Positions 25,976 through 35,514 of a stretch of DNA of 64,000 nt are shown in pieces (position 1 is the stretch's first letter; the number at the start of each line of letters is the position of its first letter). The DNA comes from Vicugna vicugna (lineage: Eukaryota), in assembly GCA_013265495.1 (NCBI GenBank), contig MU058781.1, positions 5,583,050 through 5,647,049 of the forward strand. Direction: 5' to 3'. The notes beneath the pieces were generated by a model, which saw only the letters and a program-made list of their open reading frames with translations, was not told the DNA's origin and searched no databases. Both the position numbers and the translations under genes were made by a program.

Positions 25976-27714
25976 TTTAGATGCTGGAGAGGCTCTGCCC
26001 GTCCTTGCTTCCACCAGCCAGGACTCAGCTGGGCTCAGAGTTCCCCGGGGAGAGGGGCAGCACCCTTCCTGGGTCCTGCCCACTCCCTCCCAGGCAGCTT
26101 TCTGGGCTGAGTACAGTAGCTGCCTCACTCCGCGTTCTCCTGGTGGACGCTGAGCTCATCCTGATCTCACTGAATCCCACTTCAGTTACTCTCTCTCCAC
26201 TCCTGAGGCTTCTTTTTGCTCGTTCAGCTGTCCTAATAATTAATTCACTCTATGACCTTGTCAGGGTTCAAACAATCTCTGATTACACCCCAGTGGAAAT
26301 ACATTCCTGGGGGCAGTACCATATAAAACCAAAGCATGTTGTTACATAACTCCTGGCAGCTCAACACAGCCCTTTTTTTTTTTCATCCCATAAATACATC
26401 CTCTTCTAAACACTTAAAGCAGTCCAGAGGATGAAATGGGAGCATGAATAGCCTTTGTCCTGGTGTCAGCTTGAGACCCCTCTGTCTTTCATCTCCCAGC
26501 GCCTTGTATCCAGAACCTCTTTGTTAGGGGCAATCACCTCCCATCCTCCTGTGCCCTTTCCGGCCCTCCTCCTGCAGCTGCAGCCACACCCACTGCTCAC
26601 CGCTGCTCCCAAGAGAAATCTGCCCACCCCTCCCTCCCTCCAGCCCCGCTACACCAACTCCTCTTTTAAAACGGTCACCTCTGACTTCTATTCAGGATGG
26701 AGACACCAAGACAGGGAGGCAACACCTCCTCACTTCTGGGCTGATGATTATTTATTCAGTGTTGCCTTCCTGATCTGGCTAATGACTGCTTGTACCATCC
26801 TCCTTGGCTCCTCCATAAGTTCAGTAAATTTCCTTTAGTGACTTGGTTTGTTTTATCTAAACACTGTGTATATACACATATTTATGCTGTTTGGTTGTAC
26901 GTTTCAACCATAGATTGGTGCTATGTCTACACACACACACATATGCATATAACACCAAAAACAAGATACAAAGGAAACAAAACGTCTGTTGTTTAAATTT
27001 GTCTCCCTTTTCCTTCACGAGAATCCCTGTTTTCACAAATGTGAAGGGCATCTGTTTTACAAAACATCTTTGCTTGATCCCATCCCAAATGTACAATTTC
27101 TGCGCGTCTCCAGGAGCAAGGACATGGCTCAGAAGCTGGGTCTCAGTGACTACGTCTTGCTTTTGGTGAAATGATTACATTGAGAATTCCTCACTTTGTC
27201 TGCAAGGGAAGTTCCTGGTCCTGTTTCACCTGGAGAGAAAAGCCAGTCTGTTTTCCCTGAAGGCCAGTTTGCATCACCACATTCTCCACGTCCAGAAAAT
27301 CCAAAAAGCCTGGAGCAAAGATTAAGGGGCTAACAGAGGGACCCATGTACTTAGATGTTGAAAACTTACTAATAAAAGCAGTCACACCTCTTCAGTCGAG
27401 CGTAAGAGAATCTGCGAGTCTTCTATTTAAAATATTTAATCACGTGCCCGCTCAGCCTGACTCAGTCTTTGGTGGGAGCGTTTCAGGCTGTTCATGAAAC
27501 TCACAACCCAGCGCGTAGACGCCTCCGAACACAAACCGCCCGGGATGCGAGCTGGGCTCTTCTCACGCTGTCCCTCGGCTCCCAGAGCCTCCACGGCGGG
27601 GAGGCCCCGTGGGGCCCACTTGGCAGGTGACCAGGGCAGCTCTGGGGCACACGGGTCTACCCCACTTGCCTGCCTTCTCTTGGGTCTTAACGTGTGTGCT
27701 TCAAAGAACAAGGA

Positions 27715-28207
27715 CGTATTATTCAGCGCTAAAAAGAAACGAGCTCTCAAAGCCACAAAAAGATCTGGAGGCATTTAAGGAAATGCCCATTTAAGTGAAA
27801 CTGCCAGGCGAAACAGCTACACACTACAGGAGTCCAACCATGTGACATTCTGGAATGAAAGAGATGTAAACAGATCAGTGGCTGCCAGGGGTGTGGGGTG
27901 GGGAGTAGGACCCATAGGTGAAGCCTGGAGGATTCTTACGGTGCTTGGAGCTGTTCTGTAATGCTGGATACGTGACGGTACACACTTGTCACAGCCACAG
28001 GACGCCCAGCACGGTGTAAACCTTAGTGTGAAGAATGGACTTTAACTACCACTAATGTGTCAGTATTGGCTCATCAGCTGTCACCCATGTTCTACACAAA
28101 CAGAATGTTTCAATCTCGGAAAACTCTAGGCGTCTAGGAACTCTCTCTACTTTCTGCTCATTTTTTTTTTGTAAACCTAAAACTACTTTAAATGATAGTC
28201 TATTTTT
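27715..28207 (+). mobile_element. L1MC-like LINE 3'UTR fragment
   Basis: 'tattcagcgctaaaaagaaacgagct...agatcagtggctgccagggg...tttttgtaaacctaaaactactttaaa' is typical of old L1 3' ends. Confidence 0.75.
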
Positions 28208-28725
28208 CACAAAAGCTACAAAAAACAATGGTCCGAGAGAATCTGCTTCAGTAACTAGGATCCCCAAGTTGGAGACACTTGTACCACACGCAGGCTAGAC
28301 GGGGACCCGATTCTTCTTTTTAGGAAGGTGCATGAACACAAACGTGTTTGAGACCATTTCTCGGCTGGAGCCTTTCCAGTGTTAGAGCCGAGAGGATTTT
28401 CCCCAGTCACCGGACCCCGGCCCAGCGATGAGCTCTGCACCGAGGGCAGCCACCACCTACTCCCTGACTCATCAGGGTTCATTTCCACCAACCCCGCGTG
28501 TAAAATCTTTGGCAAGCGGGTCTGCCCTGGCTGCTGAGGGACTCTCCAGGCCTGTGTGCTGCTTGCACCAAGGCTCTGGCTATTTTTAGGCAACAGCTAA
28601 TCCATTAAACACGTACTGCTGCCACTGATGCCTCACAGAACACAGCAATCAAATTAAAAAATAGTGGAATGAAAGAAAAGCCACTGGCAGACCTGCACTG
28701 AGAATGTCACTAAAACACAGTCTGA

Positions 28726-28768
28726 GTGTGTGTGCGCGCGCACACACACACACACACACGCGCGCACA
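28726..28768. repeat. Compound (TG)(CG)(CA)(CG) alternating purine-pyrimidine tract
   Basis: Directly visible; 43 bp of unbroken alternation. Confidence 0.95.
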
Positions 28769-31700
28769 GACCACCGGGAGAAGAGAATGGCACTGAATAT
28801 TAAGCAAGCTACCAAGGAGGTAAAAGGAAGCAGTCACCTCGGGAATCTGGGAAGCGACAATCCTCATAACACGGAGCCCAGCGCTTAGGAAAGGAGCAGC
28901 CAATGATGAGCGTCACCCCAGAGCATCTCACTAAAATGTACTACAGTTCTGCTGAGCAAATTCTGTGTCTTCCTCAGAAGCGCTCAACCTGGGGGGCACC
29001 AATAAAACACTGTTTTCCGGACAGAAGCCAAGGGCTCCCCAGGTAGGGGAGCAGGACGCTAAGATCCTCTCTGCAGAAGAGAAATGCAGGAGCCCCTGTT
29101 TCAGCGATGGTCCTCTTCCTGATGTGCAGGGCTGGACCATCCAACCATCCTTCCAGTCCAGCTCGCACTCAGAAAAACAGATGGTATTATATGCACCCAG
29201 GCTAGCGTGAGGTCATTTCGCCTTCCTTATAGGAACAGTGGGAGGGGCGCTCCGGGGCCACTCATGGGAACACATCACCGGAAGAGAGGCCGAGGAAAAA
29301 ATGGCTTATTGTGCTCACTGGAAAAGCTGTCTCTCCTTCCATAAAACTCTTTTTGTAGAGCATGAGCCTTTTATTTATCTTTCAGAAGCTAACGTTTCTC
29401 TTCTTAGGGATGAAGTCACCCACGCTGAAGCAGGGAAGGGAAACCAGCGTTGGCGAGGGCCTACTACCTGCTCCATCCTGTGCTGGTTCCTTTGAATGCA
29501 TTTTCTCTCATTCTTACAATAACCTTTACTTTTTGCACTACAACGAAAGCCAAATGGAAGGCTCACATGTCACTTGCACCATGAAGTATTTGTCAATAAC
29601 CTGTCCAAGATGTGCACAAGGTCCAGGGCTATGGCGTGGGGAGTGTTGGAGGAGAGATCCAGGCGTGGGTCTTTTTGGCTCCAGGTCCTGCATTTTCTAA
29701 CCAGCTAACCTGCTTCCCACCCAAGCAGACGATGCTCTATCTTCAAACTGAGTCACACCGGCTCCCACATTGATGCTAACGCCCGGGGATCCCTTTGGGG
29801 TCTCGCCACAGACTTACGGACTTGAACTTGGAGAATGTTAAGTGGTTTATATTTGGAAGTGAGGCCCAAGGGAAGCAATCCCGCCAGGATCACCAAGCTC
29901 AAGAGGACAGCGGCATGGAAGCAGTGACTCCTGCCCACCTGTGGTGGAAAGGCTACCTGTCCTTCACCAAAAGAGGAAGGAGACCGCAGGTGTCCACCCA
30001 GAGGCTCTGTGCGGTGCACAAAGCACTGACAACACCTGCCGTGACCTTTTGCTTTCCCACTGCACAGGGCAGGGGACCTGGGATGCAGGGACGTTTCTGG
30101 ATATGACAAAACCACAGGGTGGTGACAAATACGCAAAAGCATTTTTCTCCTACGCTGCTTCCTCTAGAGCTTTAGCCAGAGACCACCCTGGAGGCGCCTT
30201 CCCACAATAATAATTAGGAATTCGGCTCCTTAAAATAATCCTCCCAATGAAAACTCCCTGAGTTCCATACAGGATGCGCTCCCGCCTACGAGGTCCAGGT
30301 GCTTCATGCTTTATTAGCATGAAGTCAGGGAAGTTTCCCTTTATGTCCCTAACTCTGGTTTTTGGCTAGTGGACGCTAGTACATTTTACAAGGGCTGTTC
30401 TGCAAGGCGGGAAAGTGAAGGGTTACAAAAAGTAGAGGTGGCCTGAGAAAGGATCTCCTATCAGGGATCATTTGCTGGTTGGAGAGATGAGAAAAACCCC
30501 AGCTCTGAGAGGTCAGACAACTTGTCTCACCACCAACCAGACCCCAAGCTCGTGGCTCCGCCCACCAGCCACGTGCGCTCACGGGGATGCCTGCGGTAGG
30601 CTACCTAGTCATGCATCCCCCTGGTCCTGCTTCTGTGGAGGATTCACGCCCGGGGCAAAAAGCCACCTGCCCTATAGAAAACCACCCCTTCCTTCCACAA
30701 CAGCACCAATGAAATGTGTGATTTTTGCCAATTAAGTCATATACTTAGCACATTTCTAAATCTCCCTGTGGGTGCAAATGCGAGTGCTTTCTAACGAGCT
30801 GAGAAGCTAGGACTGGTTCTCCAGGCCAGCGGGCGAAAGCCAAGCGACACTGAGGAGGGAGGGAAGCCCTCCGCCCTCGGAGGGTAAATTAAATCCAGAC
30901 GTTCGTTCTCCCCAGCCCTCCCCTCTCCTCCTCTCGCCTTCTGTCTCTGATTCTCCACTGACTGCTCCTGGCACCTGTGGCAAACACAGCTGGGGGAGTA
31001 TTTAAGCTGTGATGATGTCAGCCCGTTTCTGATAGGTTTCTCGCTCGGTAAAATGGATACATCATCGGTTGTGTCTGGGCCCCACACTTCTGTTTCTACA
31101 GCCTGAAGCCCCAGCCAGCCCTTTTCACCAACCAGGGCGCCCTCCTGCCTGTCTTTGCAGAAGCCCTTCCCGGCGCGCAGCACGACCACACAGGGGCCGC
31201 CCGACAGCCCTAAGAACAGGCCACGATGAATACGCTGCCTTCTCGTTTGCACCTTGGTTGTCAGCAAAGAGACTGGTGGTTTGGCTACAGGGAAGGAAAT
31301 GAGACTTCACACATGGAAGCCGATTTCTCGATCGTTTAACCGTTCATTCTGCAAAGCATTGAGCAGGGAAAACATAGAGAGATGCTTCCTCTCTAAGACA
31401 TGCCAGGTCGACTGGAAACCTGGAGGTCTGTGAAGTTCTCATCCGCAGAGGCTGCAGCGGCCCACGGATGCCGCCCACAGCTCAGAGCTGCTCTTTATTG
31501 AAAGTTGAAAGAGGTGACTGGCAGGGCCAGTAGCATTTCAAAGTAACCCCTCCTTCCACGCCCACCTCTGTTCACAGGAACGATTAAAGGGGCCACGGAA
31601 AAACACATTTACTTTTCCCTTCTTGTTTATTTTCCATGCTCCACCTGGGGTGTGTTAAAAGACAACTTTGCTAAAGACAGCCCGTTCTTTCAACTACTAC

Positions 31701-32470
31701 CCGCCCTCATCCCTGGAGGAAGGTGGCGGTGAGCAGCAACTACAGATGGGCAGTGGATTCTGAATAATGACGCCCTTTCCCAAATATCCTGCTTTTTTTT
31801 TTTTAAATCAGAACTTTGAGAAATCTCTCTAGGGCCTTACCAAAGCCCACAGTGACATCTCACCATAAAAAAGAAGAGTCTTTGGGACTCAAAGCTCCTG
31901 GCAACGCGGGCCCCCTGAGATTGTGCAAGGTCCCACGCCTGGACAGTCACAAGCAGTTCTGGAGACACTTTGGAAAATCGCTCTTCCCTCCCTCACTTGG
32001 TTTTTTTGTTTTTTTTTTTTTAACATACTCAGAACAATGCAAACCATTAACTGGTTTGTCTTTGTTGTTTATTTTCTTGGAATGTCCCAAATACCAGCTA
32101 CGCCATGACCATTTTTCGACTCATTTCAACCTGAAGGAGGTGCTGTCACATCTCAGTGTTTCAAAGTTCTGGTGGAACCATTCCCAGAGTGGGTGCGGCT
32201 CCACAGCCAGGGAAGTTCCCGGTCCAGGAGTCAGATCTGCTGGACTCCAAGCAAGCTGGGCAGCGAAACTGCTGTTTCATACAAATGGGTGGAATAAATG
32301 CATTCAAGCGACTTAAGAGACTGGAAAACAGTGGACTGAAGGAACTCATGGAAGTTAAGAGAGTTCATCAAAGCTGCAGTTTTAACACGACTCAGCTGGG
32401 CTGCATCTGACCCTTGCCCTTGGGGCTCCTATTTACCAGAAGACCTAGGACAGCCCTGACTTTCCAGATT

Positions 32471-33009
32471 ACATGAACCATGCCTTTTATTCTCTGTATC
32501 TGATGCTTTGATATCTTGGGGCCCTGCTGACTCTGAAGGGACTGCCCTCCCAGGGTTAGCTAATTACTAGAGATCGCTAACAACTCACCTGCCTAGGAGT
32601 GTGTCCTTCATATGCAAAGCAAACACCCACATCCCAGCCACTACCTCTAAGGGGCTCTCACTCTCTAAGCCACTATCCACCTGCCCTAACCACCCCAGGG
32701 CCACGTACCAGACACCAAGGGACAGCCCCTATGCCCAGAAACTGCTCAAGTAATTCAAACTTGCCAATCCCGTTTACCCTGCCTGCTTCCCAAGGAAACC
32801 ACAAACCACAATAAAGGCTCTTGCCCACGCCTTCTCCTCTCTCCCTGTGCCTCCTGACGGACCCTGGTGCTTCTGCATGTTGCCTTGCATGGCCGTGCAT
32901 GCCCCCTCCTCTTGGGATCTGAGTATAAGAAACTATCTTTTCTAATGGCAGTTTCATCTCATCTGTTGGCCTAAATAACAAAACCTAACAAAACCTACAT
33001 TTTAAAACA
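32471..33009 (+). mobile_element. MER74-like ERVL solo LTR
   Basis: 'aaccatgccttttattctctgtatctgatgctttgatatcttggggccctgctgactctgaagggactgccctcccagggttagc...catatgcaaa...caataaaggctcttgcccac', ending 'ttttaaaaca'. Confidence 0.75.
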
Positions 33010-33449
33010 CGGATATTGGAATAAGATGTGGTGACTCTAGGTACCTAACGTTCTCATCCAGCACTGTCTCTTTTGGATTAAAAAAAAAAGGCAGAATGAC
33101 TTTTTAAAATCAGGGTTCCTCATCTAAACCACAGAACAACAACAAAAAAAATAACTTCAGTGGTGACTTTCTTAATTGTCCCGAGGATCGTACCCGACTA
33201 GCCCTACTCTAGATGCAGAGAAGTTAACTCATTACAAACAGTAGGTGCCATGGTGCATTAGGGCTTAATTCTCTTAGAGAACTTGGCCGGGAAAGATGAC
33301 GTGTCTAACCCCTAGGTATACGTGAAATCCCTTAATCGTCCCCACAGCACAGACAGGTCTGCCTCTTGGAAGGAATTCACTGGGCCAGGAAATGGGGAAG
33401 GCGGTGCGGTGGGGCGTCCCCCTACCTGCGCGACCTGGATGAACGTTAC

Positions 33450-35354
33450 CTGTGCTCGGTGATCCCCGACGGCAAACTGTATCACGGCGACGCCCGGGCT
33501 GGGGCTGTCCTCGATCCTCTCCACGGTGCTGGAGTCGATCTTTAGGTCGCTGCTGATCTCTGCGCTCTGGATGAAGTCTTCCGTTTTTAAGTCCTCCACC
33601 TTCTTCAGCTCCCCGTTGGCCAACTGGATGATGGAGCCTTTCATGAAATAGGGAGGCAGCGTAGGGGGGGCTGCTGCGGGCGATGCCACGGACTGCACCA
33701 CGGGCAGGTGGATCTGGGCCTGCACCATGGCCGGATAGGCGGCCTGGGTGACCAGGGCCTCTGGGCTGAAGTTCTCGCTCTTGGGAAGGGCGGTGGTGAC
33801 GAACGTGTGAGGCACTGCAGCAAACTGGGGTGATGAAGTGACTATGGCCGAGGCCGCTCCGGACCCCTCCATGTCAGCACTGCCGACCGGGATGAGCAGG
33901 GGCTGGGTGCCGGGGATGACCAGGTGCTGGGGCAGGCCGCCCGCGTACGTGATTGCTTGCTGCTGGCTGCTCAGGTAGCCGATGACAGGCGGCTGGGTCC
34001 CCGCGTAGAAGGCCGTGGCCGGCAGTCCGACCGGGAGTGGCTCTGAAGCACTATGTGTGGTCTGAATGACCGTGTGGGGGGACAGCGTGGCCACGGCGGC
34101 GGCCTTCACGCCTTCCGGGCCCAGGGCCTGTTGGGGTGACAGCGCGTAGGATCGGTGCCCCGGCTTCCCTAAGTGCAGGCCACTTTTGTCGTTGAGGGTG
34201 GAGGGGGAGGCCTCCCGGTGCGTGACCTGCTGCACCTCCAGGTCGGAGGCAGGGGTGCCGCTGTTGGGCAGGACCATCACAGAGGCCCGCACCCCCGAGG
34301 AGTCTCGGCTGCTGTAGTCGGCGGGGCTGGGGTGGACCACCACGTGCCTGGACTCGTACGGGTGGGGGTGGGGCACGGGCTTGCCGCCCGCCTTCACCAG
34401 GCCCAGGTCGGCCGCGGTGGGCGGCCCGTACCGGCGGCCCTTCTCCAGCTCCCCGTTCAGGAGCTCCTTGGCCTGCACGGCCTGCTGCAGCCGGCTGCTC
34501 TCGGCTTTCTTGGTGGCCTCGCGGGTGACGAAGTGGCTGCCGGAGTCGGTGTACTGCACGACGACCTGCGGGGAGGGCCCCAGGGTGAGCGTGTGCGGGA
34601 TCATCGTCTGGTGGGGGTGGAGGTGGACGGGGAGGGCCGGCGGGGAGGCCGGGCGCGCGGCGTTCTGCGGAGAGCTGGAAATGTGCACGTACTGGTTCTG
34701 CTGGGTGGGCGGTGGGGACCCCGGGGGGAGGAGCCCCGCAGTCCTGCCCAAGTGCTGCTGCTGCTGCTCAGCCTTGTGTCCCGAGGCTTGGCTCAGACTA
34801 CCCATGTTGGCCAGCAGAGTGGAATAGGCCTCCAGCTGGGAGCGCTGGGACGGAGTGGCGGCCCCGGCGGCAGAGGCCACCGCACTGGTGACCGGGCTGG
34901 CCGTGGGGGAGATCAGCTGGGAAGGGATGAAGCCGGCGTAGGGCCCGCTGTACTGGGAAGACCCGATGAACTGTAAAGTGTGCGGCAGGTGGGCGTACTG
35001 CACGGGCGACACTGGCGCCCCGGACTGCGGGGGCGGGTACGCCGCGGGCAGCGTCGTGGTCGCCGGGACGGACCGGGGAGCGCTGGGCGGGGAGTAGTCC
35101 AGCCCCGCGGACAGCGCTTTGTGTAAACCTATTCCCTGTTGTAAACCGAGCTCCGCCGGGGGCCCCGCCGGCCCGAGCCGCCCGCCCGCGTGGCCCCGGC
35201 TGCCAGCGCTGCCCGGGAGCCATGCCACGCCCTCCGCGCGGTGGTTGTCGCTGGGCACGGCCGCGGCCTTGTCCTCCGAGGGCCGGCTGGTGGCGGGGAT
35301 CTCGCGCTTCTTGGGAGGCAGGCATTCGTTGCTGCGCTCTTGGTTGGATTTCAT
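33450..35354 (-). CDS. ATXN1: Ataxin-1 first coding exon (635 aa: MKSNQERSNECLPPKKRE..., Q4 tract, N-terminal part of AXH)
   Basis: ATG at 35354, CAG|GTAACG donor after 33450; unmistakable ataxin-1 sequence including PPYFMKGSIIQLANGELKKVEDL. Spliced product 811 aa. Confidence 0.98.
34755..34766 (-). repeat. ATXN1: (CAG)4, orthologue of the SCA1 polyglutamine tract
   Basis: GCT GAG (CAG)4 CAC TTG in the GHKAE-Qn-HL context. Confidence 0.95.
34798..35325 (-). CDS. ATXN1: Alt-ATXN1 overlapping out-of-frame ORF (175 aa, MPASQEARDPRHQP...FHSAGQHG*)
   Basis: ATG 29 nt downstream of the ATXN1 ATG in another frame; matches the described human Alt-ATXN1 as recalled; translation in this species not shown. 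Confidence 0.7.
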   Translation of the reverse strand: MPASQEARDPRHQPALGGQGRGRAQRQPPRGGRGMAPGQRWQPGPRGRAARAGGAPGGARFTTGNRFTQSAVRGAGLLPAQRSPVRPGDHDAARGVPAPAVRGASVARAVRPPAAHFTVHRVFPVQRALRRLHPFPADLPHGQPGHQCGGLCRRGRHSVPALPAGGLFHSAGQHG

Positions 35355-35514
35355 TTTTCGCCGTCCCCCCTCCACGGTGACTGTTTCACTGTCTGGCGGG
35401 CTCTGGTTTTAGTCTGATAAACGGAAAGTCACATTTGATTTCGGTAGGGGATCCAGGCTCTTCATGAGGAATCATCTCCCCGCGGGTGCGATCCGCCAGC
35501 AGCCTCTCTGGAAT
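35355..35514 (-). other. ATXN1: ATXN1 5'UTR part of the first coding exon (160 nt)
   Basis: Acceptor cctttcattttcccag|ATTCCAG at 35515/35514. Confidence 0.88.

Larger units (their letters stand above)
19847..33449 (-). other. ATXN1: ATXN1 last intron (13,603 bp, phase 0, splits the AXH domain)
   Basis: GTAACG donor at 33449; AG acceptor at 19848-19847. Confidence 0.95.
33400..35500. other. Intragenic CpG-rich region covering the large ATXN1 coding exon
   Basis: Very high GC and CpG density by inspection, especially 34000-35330; not computed. Confidence 0.7.

Noticed and set aside
33312..33449. ORF-track C-terminal tail VTFIQVAQ...DFTYT on ataxin-1
   Set aside because: Readthrough past the GTAACG donor into the intron; the protein continues at 19846.
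34173..34976. 267-aa plus-strand ORF (and 34381-34827) antisense to ATXN1
   Set aside because: Shadow ORFs expected opposite a very GC-rich CDS; no ATG start, no recognisable domain.
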